Shown: one piece after another, positions 1 through 8,943 of the stretch
How the letters are laid out: each line of letters begins with the position of its first letter
Numbering within the stretch: position 1 is the first letter of the stretch
Origin: Clostridia bacterium
GTDB taxonomy: Bacteria; Bacillota; Clostridia; Oscillospirales; CAG-382
Length of the DNA: 64,000 nt
Direction of reading: 5' to 3'
Assembly: GCA_017397805.1 (NCBI GenBank)
Contig: JAFQHW010000027.1
Coordinates: forward strand, 5,286-69,285
The notes under the pieces: model-generated
The model's input: the letters and a program-made list of their open reading frames with translations, nothing else
Database searches by the model: none
Told to the model about the DNA's origin: nothing
Program-made: the position numbers and the translations under genes

Positions 1-148
1 AACTAAGCCTTGTCATGTTTGCGGCTATATCAACAACGGCTTAACGTTAAAGGACCGTGTTTGGACTTGTCCTAATTGTAATGCGGTTCATGACCGTGAC
101 GTTAACGCCGCAATCAATATTCTAAATTTAGGTCTTGCTTCGGCTTGA
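1..148 (+). CDS. tnpB: IS200/IS605-family TnpB (OrfB, RNA-guided endonuclease), C-terminal fragment; the 5' part lies outside the window
   Basis: Frame 2 reads [48 protein letters not shown] then TGA at 146-148. This is a CxxC...CxxC zinc ribbon followed by the HDRDxNAAxNI RuvC-III motif typical of TnpB. Confidence 0.85.
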   Translation, partial: TKPCHVCGYINNGLTLKDRVWTCPNCNAVHDRDVNAAINILNLGLASA

Positions 149-328
149 CCAAACACAAAAGGTTAGGATATTAACCTTTGCTTAGTCCTTGTAAGACCGC
201 GTTAGCGGCGTAGGGCGTTGACGGCACAACCTGTGCTAAACGGGGAGGTAGAAGCCCCTTGCTTTAGCTACGGGGTATATCACAAGCAACAAGCGAAAAG
301 AGAGGCGAGAGACTCCCGACAACAACAA
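149..328 (+). ncRNA. Putative omega-RNA scaffold / right-end region of the IS element (boundaries not determinable here)
   Basis: Non-coding stretch immediately 3' of tnpB, where TnpB omega-RNAs are encoded. It holds several local hairpins (AAAGGTTA..TAACCTTT near 169-190, CCGC..GCGG near 207-218, GGGG..CCCC near 243-260). No covariance model was run. Confidence 0.3.
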
Positions 329-363
329 GAAAAGCGCCCCTATTTAGGGCGCTTTTCTCTTTT
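329..363. terminator. Bidirectional rho-independent terminator between the IS right end and tRNA-Lys
   Basis: Perfect 11-bp stem GAAAAGCGCCC / GGGCGCTTTTC with a 7-nt loop. T-rich tails follow on both strands. Confidence 0.75.
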
Positions 364-426
364 GGGCAAGACAAACGTAACGATAAATCCACCATCATAG
401 ATGCGAAAGTTCGTCTTTGCGTATAA

Positions 427-502
427 TGGTGATCCATCGGAGAATCGAACTCCGGACACCATGATTAAAAGTCATGTGCTCTACCGGCTGAGCTAATGGA
501 TC
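427..502 (-). tRNA. tRNA-Lys (anticodon UUU), CCA encoded
   Basis: The reverse complement GATCCATTAGCTCAGCCGGTAGAGCACATGACTTTTAATCATGGTGTCCGGAGTTCGATTCTCCGATGGATCACCA folds as a cloverleaf. The anticodon loop is CTTTTAA and the T-loop is TTCGATT. Confidence 0.93.
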
Positions 503-534
503 GTTTTCTTTTCGGCAACTTAAGCCGCCAAAAA

Positions 535-563
535 AGAATACCACATTATAAAGCTTTTGTCAA
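535..563 (-). promoter_or_regulatory. Sigma-A type promoter for tRNA-Lys
   Basis: Minus strand TTGACA (563-558), 17 nt, TATTCT (540-535), about 30 nt upstream of the tRNA 5' end. Confidence 0.55.
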
Positions 564-582
564 TAGTTTTTTTGAAAGAGTT

Positions 583-1200
583 TTAATAAAATCTGAAATT
601 TGCTATAACTTTTCCTAAAATCGTTAAATCGTTTGTGTAAATGGGGCTCATGTTGCTGTTTGCAGGTTGCAATCGTATTTGCTTTTCTTCCTTAAAGAAG
701 TACTTTACGGTTGCGCTGTCATCAATAAGGGCAAGCACGATCTCTCCGTCCTCGGCATATCTTCTGCTCTCAACGATTACGATATCTCCGTTGAGTATGC
801 CCGCCTCGATCATACTGTCCCCTACGACTCTAAGGGCAAAAAGCTGTGAAGCACCGGACATGGAAGCAGGGTAGTCCACGTACCCCTCGTAGTTTTCAAC
901 GGCTAAGATGGGTAAACCCGCGCGTACTTGCCCGATTAGCGGCACGCGTACGGTTTTTGCCTCTTCATCGTTTTTATTACCGCTTATGGTTATTGCGCGG
1001 CTTTTTCCGTCAACACGGCTGATATAACCCTTTGTTTCGAGCTGTTTTATATAGCTATGCACCGTTGACGTGGATTTTATACCCGTGGCGGAGCAAATAT
1101 CTCTTACAGAAGGGGCATAGCCGTGATTTCTTATGTTACTGCGTATGTACTTGAATACAGCTTTTTCCTTATCGCTAAGCTGAAATCCTTTATCTGCCAT
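583..1200 (-). CDS. lexA: LexA SOS repressor
   Basis: 205 aa with an N-terminal winged HTH (SVRDICSATGIKSTSTVHSYIKQLETKGYI), an S24 peptidase core VVGDSM, and the catalytic Lys context ILGKV. The start overlaps the mrnC stop. Confidence 0.95.
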   Translation of the reverse strand: MADKGFQLSDKEKAVFKYIRSNIRNHGYAPSVRDICSATGIKSTSTVHSYIKQLETKGYISRVDGKSRAITISGNKNDEEAKTVRVPLIGQVRAGLPILAVENYEGYVDYPASMSGASQLFALRVVGDSMIEAGILNGDIVIVESRRYAEDGEIVLALIDDSATVKYFFKEEKQIRLQPANSNMSPIYTNDLTILGKVIANFRFY

Positions 1201-1589
1201 CAGTCTATACCTCCGTCGTAAGCGATGCCGAACAGCTCTTCAGCCCTCTCCATATCTCCCTCAAGATAAAGGTGCCCAAACAAACATTCAAGCCCCGTGG
1301 CGCGTCTATAATCAACAGCTGATGCGCTTTTGGGGATATTGACTCCCTTGGCGTTTCTGCCGTATTTGAATATGGACATCTCTCTTTCGGTTAAAGAAGG
1401 CAATAACTTTTCTACCGCCGCGCTTTGACTGACGGCGGTTACGTATTTCTTTGCTTCGATGTTGAGATCACTGACCTTTCGGTCACCGTCACCGATTATT
1501 CTGCGACGGGCCAACAACTCAATCACCGCATCGCCCATATATGCAAGTATCAGGGCGTTGCATTTGTTAAAATCTATACTCTTTTCCAT
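1200..1589 (-). CDS. mrnC: Mini-ribonuclease III
   Basis: 129 aa with the RNase III-like signature LAYMGDAVIEL. It sits downstream of cysS, as in other Firmicutes. Confidence 0.85.
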   Translation of the reverse strand: MEKSIDFNKCNALILAYMGDAVIELLARRRIIGDGDRKVSDLNIEAKKYVTAVSQSAAVEKLLPSLTEREMSIFKYGRNAKGVNIPKSASAVDYRRATGLECLFGHLYLEGDMERAEELFGIAYDGGID

Positions 1590-2974
1590 TTGGGACCTTG
1601 AGGAGTATCCTCTATGATTATTCCGCGTTCTGCCAAAACGTTACGGATTTCGTCAGCACGCTGATAGTTCTTTTCTTTCTTTGCCGCGGTACGCTCTGCG
1701 AGCAACGCTTCGATTTCCGCTTCGTCACCTTGTTCGTTGCTCTTTATTTCCAAACCGAAAAGCACGAGCAGGCTATGATATTTTTCGTAGGCACTTTCAA
1801 GAAACGTTTTGCTTGCGGAGGCATCTGCCATAGCGGTGTTGATAAGCTTTGCCGCTTCGAAAACACAGCTGATAGCATCGGCGGTGTTAAAATCGTCGTC
1901 CATTGCCGCCTTCATTTCTTCGGTCTTCTTGTCCACCGCTTCAAGAGTCGCCTTTTCAGCGTCGGATATTTCGCTTCCTACTGCGTTCTTTATGCGGAAG
2001 GACAGATTTTCCTCGCAGTTTTGCAGTCTTTCGAGAGAGCCTTTGGCCTGCTCTAAGATTTCTGCAGAATAGTTCACGGGACTACGGTAATGAGGGGAGA
2101 GAAGGAAATAACGGATAACCTGGTAATCGTATTTCTCTGCCACGTCGCGTACCGTAAAGAAGTTACCCAAGGATTTGGACATCTTCTTGTTGTCAACGTT
2201 TATGTATCCGTTGTGCATCCATATTTTTGCAAGGCACTTGCCTGTTGCACACTCGGTCTGTGCTACTTCGTTTTCGTGGTGGGGGAAAGCAAGGTCCTGA
2301 CCGCCACCGTGAATATCGATTTCGGTGCCCAAGAACTTATAAACCATAGCAGAGCACTCAATGTGCCAACCGGGTCTGCCCATGCCCCAAGGAGATTCCC
2401 AAGCTATTTCGCTGTCCTCTTTTCTTGCTTTCCAAAGGGCAAAGTCGTAGCTATTCTTCTTGTCCTCGTTTACTTCTATTCTTGCACCCGCTTCTTGGCT
2501 TTCCATATCTCTGTGGGAAAGTTTGCCGTATTCTTTGTAGCTTTCCGTGTCAAAATAAACGTCGCCGCCCATAACGTATGCGTGACCGTTGTCGATTAGC
2601 TTTTGAACCATTTCGATGATCTCACCGATGGTTTCGGTAGCTCTGGGATGGAAAGTAGCGGGATTAATACCAAGCCCCTTAGCGTCTTTAAAGTATTCTT
2701 CTATGTATTTTTCAGCTATCTGAGGTACCGTGCTGTTTTCTTCAGCGGCGCGTTTTATCAGCTTGTCATCTACGTCGGTAAAGTTCTGAACGAACTTTAC
2801 GTTGTAGCCTCTGTATTCCAAATAACGGCGTAACATATCGAAAACAACGAAAACCCTTGCGTTGCCTATATGGAAATAGTTATATACGGTAGGACCGCAT
2901 ACGTACATACGCACGGTGTTGTCAACAACGACAAGCTCATCCTTTTGCCTTGTAAGCGTATTGTAAAGTTTCAT
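1574..2974 (-). CDS. cysS: Cysteine--tRNA ligase
   Basis: 466 aa with the class I HIGH variant (FHIGNAR), KMSKS, and the conserved WHIECS motif. Confidence 0.97.
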   Translation of the reverse strand: MKLYNTLTRQKDELVVVDNTVRMYVCGPTVYNYFHIGNARVFVVFDMLRRYLEYRGYNVKFVQNFTDVDDKLIKRAAEENSTVPQIAEKYIEEYFKDAKGLGINPATFHPRATETIGEIIEMVQKLIDNGHAYVMGGDVYFDTESYKEYGKLSHRDMESQEAGARIEVNEDKKNSYDFALWKARKEDSEIAWESPWGMGRPGWHIECSAMVYKFLGTEIDIHGGGQDLAFPHHENEVAQTECATGKCLAKIWMHNGYINVDNKKMSKSLGNFFTVRDVAEKYDYQVIRYFLLSPHYRSPVNYSAEILEQAKGSLERLQNCEENLSFRIKNAVGSEISDAEKATLEAVDKKTEEMKAAMDDDFNTADAISCVFEAAKLINTAMADASASKTFLESAYEKYHSLLVLFGLEIKSNEQGDEAEIEALLAERTAAKKEKNYQRADEIRNVLAERGIIIEDTPQGPKWKRV

Positions 2975-2997
2975 AATTATCGTATCTTCTCCTATAA

Positions 2998-3636
2998 TTA
3001 GTTCTCGTTAAGAAAATCTATGTGATTTTTATACATTATTATACAGTAAATGCCCGAATATATGCTTAGTGTAACGGATAAGACCGTCACGATAAGGCTC
3101 AATAGCCTAAAATCGTAAAATACGCTGTGGTTGATAAGTACGGGTTCCAATACTACGATGGCTATCCAAAGCATTTGCATAGCGTTGGTGAACCTAAAGA
3201 GCGCGGCCTTGAATTTATCGCCGCCCTTAAAAAGTCCTTTTACGTCCAAAGCTGAATCCGTAAGTCCTATTCCCATAACAGCCAGTTCCCTCAAAATTAC
3301 TGCGGCAACCGACCAAAAGAAGAAGTGGCGGTAAAAACCCGTAGGTAATATATAGCTTGAAAAGCAGATGGAGATAAGCGCACCGAAAACCACGAGCTTA
3401 TCGGCTACCATATCCAAAAAGCGCCAATATCCCGTATCGTCGCTTCTTCTGCTCATCAGTTTTTTATCAACGTAATAGGTAATAACAGCCAAAATGAAGA
3501 ACGAAACTGCGATTATGCGGGGCCAAGTGGATTTTAAATCATTGCTCAAGCCAAAATCGTATACCATAAAAATCATGAACAAGGGTATAAGTAATAGCCG
3601 AACAAGTGTGAATTTAGCAGGCTTTTCAAATTTCAC
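2998..3636 (-). CDS. CDP-alcohol phosphatidyltransferase-family membrane protein (PgsA-like) with a degenerate catalytic motif
   Basis: 212 aa and multi-TM. The N-terminus FTLVRLLLIPLF and the distal FLDMVADK match the family, but the proximal DxxDGxxAR is replaced by YYVDKKLMSRR. Confidence 0.6.
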   Translation of the reverse strand: MKFEKPAKFTLVRLLLIPLFMIFMVYDFGLSNDLKSTWPRIIAVSFFILAVITYYVDKKLMSRRSDDTGYWRFLDMVADKLVVFGALISICFSSYILPTGFYRHFFFWSVAAVILRELAVMGIGLTDSALDVKGLFKGGDKFKAALFRFTNAMQMLWIAIVVLEPVLINHSVFYDFRLLSLIVTVLSVTLSIYSGIYCIIMYKNHIDFLNEN

Positions 3637-3650
3637 AGCGCAAATCCCCC

Positions 3651-4982
3651 TTACTTATTCAAGGCTCTTCCGCAAAGGTCGTAATCCAAAACCTCGGTAA
3701 TTTCCACGTCAACCATTTCGCCGTCGCGAAGTCTGCGCGGTGCGGAAAAATAAACCTTGCCGTCAATATCGGGTGCATCGGATTGCGGTCTGCCGTAATA
3801 AATTTCGGCGGCTCTGTCATAGCCTTCACAGAGAACGCGCAACGTTTTTCCAACAGCTTTTTCGTTAAGCTCTTTGTGGATACGGCGTTGCTCACGCATA
3901 AGTATATCGTATCTCTTTCGCTTCAATTTTTCAGGTATTTGGTCGGGCAAATCGTAAGCTGGAGTATTTTCTTCTCTTGAGTATTCGAACACACCCAAAC
4001 GCTCAAATTTGATTTCTTTGATAAAAGCCTTAAGCTTTTCAAAATCTTCTTCGGTCTCACCGGGGAAGCCGGTGATAAATGTAGTGCGTATGGTTATATC
4101 GGATACACGTTCTCTTAGCATACCTATAGTTTCTCTGATGCTTGCTTCCGTGTCTCTGCGGTTCATGCGCTTCAAAACCGAATCGGAAATATGCTGCAAC
4201 GGCATATCTATATATTTTGCCACCTTGGGGTTGTTTGCGAGCTCGTCAATAACCGCATCGGTAAGTCTGTCGGCATAGCAATACATAAGTCTTATCCACT
4301 GAATGCCCTCAACCTCGGACAAAGCTTGAAGCAAGCTGTCCAAGCAATAAGTGCCGTATATATCCTCACCGTAACGGGTAGTATCCTGCGCTACCAAGCA
4401 AAGCTCTTTTACACCTAAAGCCGCAAGATCCTTTGCTTCTGCAACTATTTCCTCAATGCTTCTGCTGCGGAACTTACCCCTTATGTCGGGAATAACGCAG
4501 TAAGAACAGCGGTTATCGCACCCTTCGGCTATTTTCAGGTACGCAAAATATTCGGGAGTGGTGATAACACGTTCGTTATAAAAGGGCGCTTCGTTAACGT
4601 CATCAAAGCGTGTGTATTTTTCGCCCTTATACGCGGCGTTTACCGCATCTACTATATGAGAAATAGAGCCGGTGCCCAAAACACAGTCAACCTCAGGCAT
4701 GCGCTCAAGCACTTCATCTCTGTATCTTTCCGCGAGACAGCCGGTAACGACTATGCCCTTGAGCGTGTGGTTTTCTTTAAGCCAGGCCACGTCAAGTATA
4801 TTGTCTATCGCTTCCTGCTTTGCACTTTCAATAAAAGCACAAGTATTAATAATTATAACGTCGGCATCAACGTCTTCGGGCACTATCTCAAACCCGTTGT
4901 CTGCCAGCATATAAAGCATATTTTCCGTGTCTAATAGATTTTTTGGGCAACCCAAGGATACAAAACCTACTTTTATTGCCAT
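3651..4982 (-). CDS. rimO: Ribosomal protein S12 methylthiotransferase
   Basis: 443 aa with an N-terminal SLGCPKN domain, the radical-SAM motif CDNRCSYC, and a C-terminal TRAM domain. Confidence 0.92.
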   Translation of the reverse strand: MAIKVGFVSLGCPKNLLDTENMLYMLADNGFEIVPEDVDADVIIINTCAFIESAKQEAIDNILDVAWLKENHTLKGIVVTGCLAERYRDEVLERMPEVDCVLGTGSISHIVDAVNAAYKGEKYTRFDDVNEAPFYNERVITTPEYFAYLKIAEGCDNRCSYCVIPDIRGKFRSRSIEEIVAEAKDLAALGVKELCLVAQDTTRYGEDIYGTYCLDSLLQALSEVEGIQWIRLMYCYADRLTDAVIDELANNPKVAKYIDMPLQHISDSVLKRMNRRDTEASIRETIGMLRERVSDITIRTTFITGFPGETEEDFEKLKAFIKEIKFERLGVFEYSREENTPAYDLPDQIPEKLKRKRYDILMREQRRIHKELNEKAVGKTLRVLCEGYDRAAEIYYGRPQSDAPDIDGKVYFSAPRRLRDGEMVDVEITEVLDYDLCGRALNK

Positions 4983-5000
4983 ATTTATACCTCTTTATTT

Positions 5001-5627
5001 TTACTCTTCTTCATATTCGCTTTTGAAAGCACAGATGGCGTTGTTGATTTCGTCGTAGCCGAAACCGCGGGCAGTCAGAAATGATACCGCCTTAGCTCTC
5101 GCCTGTCTGTCTTCGGGATTGAGGTGGGGAAACTTTTTAAACAAAAGCTCTGTTATAACACCTTCCGGTGTTTCGTCAAGCTCGTCCGTTGCTTGATCAA
5201 TCGCTTCTTTATCGAACCCTTTTGCGTAAAGCTCTTTTTTTATACGCATTACGCCGTAATTCTTGCGCTTTTGAAAATACTCCGCATATTCTTTGCAAAG
5301 GGTCAAATCGTCAAGATAACCCTTTTCCTCAAGCAAAAACAGCGTTTTTTCAATAGCCGTGTCACTAAACGCGGCATTTTTAAGCTTTTTACCTAAGCCA
5401 CGCTTGGAATGAGCTTTGTACGACAAATAATTAAAAGCTTTTTTGATGCACCTTAGCTTTTCTTCGGCTTCCGTCAAGAATTCTAAAGATTCTTCGGTTA
5501 TCTCGCCACCCTGAACTATACCGCTGCGCTCGTAGTCGGCTATGGTGATTCGGTATTTTACTCCGTGCGCCTCAACCAAGGCCTCGCCCTCGCTTTTAAA
5601 AAGCTCTACGGAATAGAAGGCGTTCAT
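5001..5627 (-). CDS. recX: Recombination regulator RecX
   Basis: 208 aa helical-repeat protein directly after recA with a 1-nt overlap. It carries YLDD and RGF repeat motifs. Confidence 0.85.
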   Translation of the reverse strand: MNAFYSVELFKSEGEALVEAHGVKYRITIADYERSGIVQGGEITEESLEFLTEAEEKLRCIKKAFNYLSYKAHSKRGLGKKLKNAAFSDTAIEKTLFLLEEKGYLDDLTLCKEYAEYFQKRKNYGVMRIKKELYAKGFDKEAIDQATDELDETPEGVITELLFKKFPHLNPEDRQARAKAVSFLTARGFGYDEINNAICAFKSEYEEE

Positions 5628-6700
5628 TATTCGTCGTCACCGAAGAAATCGTCCTCGGTATCTTCTATGCTTTCGTTTCCGCCAACACACTTTTCTCTTA
5701 TCTTGGCTTCAATCTCTTCCGCAAGTGCCTTATCCTCGGTAATCAGGTCTCTCACCTTGTCTTTACCTTGACCCAAACGTTCACCGTTATAAGAAAGCCA
5801 AGAACCGCTTTTATCGATTATACCCAACTTAATACCAAGCTCGATAATTTCGCTTTCCTTGGATATGCCCTTACCGTAAAGAATATCAAACTCAGCAGTT
5901 TTGAATGGGGGAGCGACCTTGTTTTTTACTATCTTACATTTGGTGTGGTTGCCTATGATGTCGGAACCGTTTTTAAGTTGTTCGGATTTGCGTATTTCGA
6001 TACGAACGGAAGCGTAAAACTTTAAAGCGATACCGCCGGTGGTCGTTTCGGGGTTGCCGTAGAAAACACCGATCTTTTGTCTTAGCTGGTTTATGAATAT
6101 TACGATACAGTTGGATTTTGCAACCGCGCCCGAAAGCTTACGAAGAGCCTGGGACATCAATCTTGCCTGTACACCTACGTTAGCAGCGCCCATCTCGTTA
6201 TCTATCTCACTCTTGGGAACCAAAGCAGCCACGGAGTCCACAACAACTATCTCAACCGCGCCTGAGCGTATAAGCATCTCTGCAATTTCCAAAGCCTGCT
6301 CGCCGTCATCGGGTTGGGAAACCAACAAATTATCTATATCTACACCCAAAGCCTTTGCATATACGGGGTCAAGAGCGTGCTCCGCATCGATAAACGCGGC
6401 TTCGCCGCCCAATTTTTGCACTTCCGCAACCGCGTGGAGCGCAACCGTAGTCTTACCCGAAGATTCGGGCCCGTAGATCTCTATTATTCTGCCGCGAGGT
6501 AAACCGCCGATACCAAGTGCTAAGTCCAAGGATAAAGAGCCTGTAGAAACACCAGAAACCTCCATGCGTGAATTCTCGCCCAAACGCATTACGGAACCTT
6601 TGCCGTACTTCTTTTCAACCTGTGCCAAGGCGATCTGTAAAGCTTCTTTTTTCTTATCGTTAATCTTATCAGCCATAATATACTGCTGTGCCCAAGGCAC
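5627..6700 (-). CDS. recA: Recombinase RecA (ORF from GTG 6700; the ATG at 6676 giving MADKIND... is an equally plausible start)
   Basis: Walker [10 protein letters not shown] and the conserved motifs FIDAEHALD and [13 protein letters not shown]. Near full-length match to bacterial RecA. Confidence 0.98.
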   Translation of the reverse strand: MPWAQQYIMADKINDKKKEALQIALAQVEKKYGKGSVMRLGENSRMEVSGVSTGSLSLDLALGIGGLPRGRIIEIYGPESSGKTTVALHAVAEVQKLGGEAAFIDAEHALDPVYAKALGVDIDNLLVSQPDDGEQALEIAEMLIRSGAVEIVVVDSVAALVPKSEIDNEMGAANVGVQARLMSQALRKLSGAVAKSNCIVIFINQLRQKIGVFYGNPETTTGGIALKFYASVRIEIRKSEQLKNGSDIIGNHTKCKIVKNKVAPPFKTAEFDILYGKGISKESEIIELGIKLGIIDKSGSWLSYNGERLGQGKDKVRDLITEDKALAEEIEAKIREKCVGGNESIEDTEDDFFGDDE

Positions 6701-6723
6701 ATCCTCCTTTAAAATACAAAAGT

Positions 6724-6735
6724 GAACTAATGTTC
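6724..6735. promoter_or_regulatory. LexA operator (Firmicutes Cheo/SOS box) in the recA promoter
   Basis: Palindrome GAAC-TAAT-GTTC (context TGAACTAATGTTCG), 6 nt downstream of the recA -10 element. Confidence 0.8.
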
Positions 6736-6741
6736 GGTTTT

Positions 6742-6770
6742 ATAATACCACAACCGCTTGTGTTTGTCAA
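6742..6770 (-). promoter_or_regulatory. recA promoter
   Basis: Minus strand TTGACA (6770-6765), 17 nt, TATTAT (6747-6742). Confidence 0.7.
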
Positions 6771-6950
6771 CGATAAAAACACATTTTTAAGCCTATATTT
6801 TACAAGTATTTATTTTTTTACAAAAGAATATGAAAAAAACTCAGGCTTTTGTGAAAATCACCTATTTACTTTTTTGAATTTTTTGGTTAAAATGTTATCG
6901 AATTCGATTTTTGTCGAAGTATAATAAACAAAGGGGTATGGTGAACGATT

Positions 6951-8072
6951 ATGGAAAGTGTAAACCACGGTAAGCTTGGAATTATAGTTATGAACAATTG
7001 CGCGGCTCTCGGTAAAAAGATCGAGAAGCATATACTCGCTATGCGCGGTGAGCAGGATTCCGGTAAGTCATACATAATTCCCGTTGACGAAATAAGATTT
7101 TCCAACGGTGAAGGCAAGACTAAGCTTCCCGATTCCGTAAGAGGCAGAGATATTTATATTATTTCCGACGTTGGCAACTACAGTTGCACTTACAAGATGT
7201 TCGGTTATGAAAACCGCATGGGTCCCGATGAACATTTTCAGGATATAAAGCGCGTACTTAGCGCAGTTGGCGGTAAGGCTAACCGTGTTACCGTTATTAT
7301 GCCTTTGCTTTACGCATCCCGTCAGCATAAGCGCAAGGGACGTGAGTCTATGGACTGTGCTATGGCTTTAAAAGAGCTTGAGAATATGGGTGTTAACACT
7401 ATCATCACCTTCGATGCTCACGATCCTACGATACATAACGCTATTCCCTTTACTTCTTTTGAAAACTGCATGGCTACTTATTCTACCTTGAAGCGCTTTA
7501 TCACAAAAGAAGGCCTTTTCACCAAGGATAACCTTACCGTTATAAGCCCCGATACCGGCGCTATGGAGCGTGCAATATTCTATGCAAACGTTATCGGTGT
7601 TGACGTTGGTATGTTCTACAAGCGCCGTGACCATTCCAAAATAGTTAACGGCAAGAACCCTATCGTTGAACACAAGTACATCGGTAGCTCCCTCAGAGGT
7701 AAGAGCGTGCTTATCGTTGACGATATGATCGCTTCGGGCGAGTCTGTAATTGATATTATCAAGAAGATTTCTCACTATAAGATAGACCGCACCTACGTTG
7801 CCGCAACTTTTGCTTTCTTCACCGAAGGCGTTGCAAAGTTTGATAAGCTTTACAAAGAGGGTAAGCTGACTAAGATCTATTCAACAAACCTTTCCTATAT
7901 CCCTGACGAAATCAAAAAGAAGCCTTGGTTTGAGGAGGTTGACCTTTCCAAGTTTATCGGTAAGATAATCAACACTCTCAGCCACGATGCAAGCATCTCT
8001 CCGCTTTTGGACGCGAAGAATAAGATTCGTATGCTCCTTGAGGAAAAAGCGGCAAGGCCTGAGAATAAATAA
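6951..8072 (+). CDS. prs: Ribose-phosphate pyrophosphokinase family protein (long form)
   Basis: 373 aa with the PRPP-binding loop LIVDDMIASGES and the conserved MPLLYASRQHKR region. Confidence 0.85.
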   Translation: MESVNHGKLGIIVMNNCAALGKKIEKHILAMRGEQDSGKSYIIPVDEIRFSNGEGKTKLPDSVRGRDIYIISDVGNYSCTYKMFGYENRMGPDEHFQDIKRVLSAVGGKANRVTVIMPLLYASRQHKRKGRESMDCAMALKELENMGVNTIITFDAHDPTIHNAIPFTSFENCMATYSTLKRFITKEGLFTKDNLTVISPDTGAMERAIFYANVIGVDVGMFYKRRDHSKIVNGKNPIVEHKYIGSSLRGKSVLIVDDMIASGESVIDIIKKISHYKIDRTYVAATFAFFTEGVAKFDKLYKEGKLTKIYSTNLSYIPDEIKKKPWFEEVDLSKFIGKIINTLSHDASISPLLDAKNKIRMLLEEKAARPENK

Positions 8073-8081
8073 AGTTCCCCA

Positions 8082-8116
8082 AAAAGCCGTTGTGTTTTTA
8101 CAACGGCTTTTTATAC
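8082..8116 (+). terminator. Rho-independent terminator after prs
   Basis: Stem AAAAGCCGTTGT / ACAACGGCTTTT followed by a T-run. Confidence 0.8.
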
Positions 8117-8144
8117 TATACATTTCAAGAAAGACGGTGTTATT

Positions 8145-8615
8145 ATGACAATAAGGAAAGCCGAAGAAAAAGACGTAAAAGGAATAATGAATCTGTTGTA
8201 CCAGGTGGCAGAGGTACACCATAAGGGCAGACCCGACATTTTTAAAAGCGGTTGTTCAAAATACAACGAAGACGAGCTAAGCAAAATAATTGCAGACGAA
8301 AATACCCCCGTTCTCGTTGCGGAGGTTGACGGTAATATTTTGGGTCACGCCTTCTGCGTTTTTGAAAGGGCAGGGAAGAACGGCGTTCTCGTGGATAATA
8401 AAAGCCTTTACATCGACGATATTTGCGTGGATGAAAATTGCCGCGGCAAGCATATAGGAAGCGCACTGTGTGAAGCCGTGCTGTCCCTTGCAAAAGAAGA
8501 AGACTGTTATAACGTAACGCTTAACGTGTGGTCCCTTAATAAGCCTGCGGCAGAGTTTTATAAGGCGATGGGGTTTAAAGAACAGAAAGTAACTATGGAA
8601 ACCGTTCTGAAGTAA
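8145..8615 (+). CDS. GNAT family N-acetyltransferase
   Basis: 156 aa with the acetyl-CoA binding motif CRGKHIGSAL and the C-terminal AAEFYKAMGF. Confidence 0.85.
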   Translation: MTIRKAEEKDVKGIMNLLYQVAEVHHKGRPDIFKSGCSKYNEDELSKIIADENTPVLVAEVDGNILGHAFCVFERAGKNGVLVDNKSLYIDDICVDENCRGKHIGSALCEAVLSLAKEEDCYNVTLNVWSLNKPAAEFYKAMGFKEQKVTMETVLK

Positions 8616-8650
8616 CTGATCGCCCATACCGACAATAAAAAATGTGAAGT

Positions 8651-8693
8651 AAGTCCTTGAAAGGCTGTGCAAAGCACTGAATTTCAAGGACTT
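8651..8693. terminator. Terminator-like hairpin after the GNAT gene; the stem is identical to the hairpin at 12170-12197
   Basis: 12-bp stem AAGTCCTTGAAA / TTTCAAGGACTT with a 19-nt loop containing an inner GTGC..GCAC hairpin. A T-rich tail follows. Confidence 0.6.
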
Positions 8694-8751
8694 TCTGCTA
8701 ATAACTTTTTGCGTTTTTCGTGCACGTGCTCAGTGCTTATAATACGGTTTC

Positions 8752-8911
8752 ATATTTTTCCGAAAATAATAAAATTTTTTCTGGACAAAAAGCAAAAAAC
8801 AGACATTATAATAATGAAAGATGAGATATATATATTTTTCCGAAAATAATAAAATTTTTTCTGGACAAAAAGCAAAAAACAGACATTATAATAATGAAAG
8901 ATGAGATATAT
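8752..8911. repeat. Perfect tandem duplication (2 x 80 bp) carrying a promoter-like element
   Basis: 8752-8831 is identical base for base to 8832-8911. Each copy contains TGGACA, then 17 nt, then ATTATA (overlapping TATAAT). Confidence 0.95.
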
Positions 8912-8943
8912 ACAACGAAAAATATTAAATAGGAGGGAAAACT

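Noticed and set aside
218-400. 60-aa plus-strand ORF downstream of tnpB
   Set aside because: It has a non-ATG start and no RBS, and it runs through hairpins and the terminator at 329-363. Its low-complexity QQ/RR composition fits a non-coding omega-RNA/IS end region better.
1229-1242. CGAACAGCTCTTCA as a LexA operator for lexA
   Set aside because: Only the left arm matches the Cheo box; the right arm is CTTC, not GTTC. It lies inside the mrnC coding sequence. It is mentioned in the SOS-array finding but not called as a feature.
6897-6908. Perfect 12-bp palindrome ATCGAATTCGAT upstream of prs
   Set aside because: It contains an EcoRI site and sits near the putative -35 region, but it matches no regulator consensus I can name with confidence. 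A single 12-bp palindrome in AT-rich DNA is weak evidence.
8667-8849. 60-aa ORF spanning the hairpin and the first 80-bp repeat copy
   Set aside because: It lies in AT-rich promoter DNA, crosses a terminator-like hairpin, and has no RBS. It is an artefact of the absence of stop codons.
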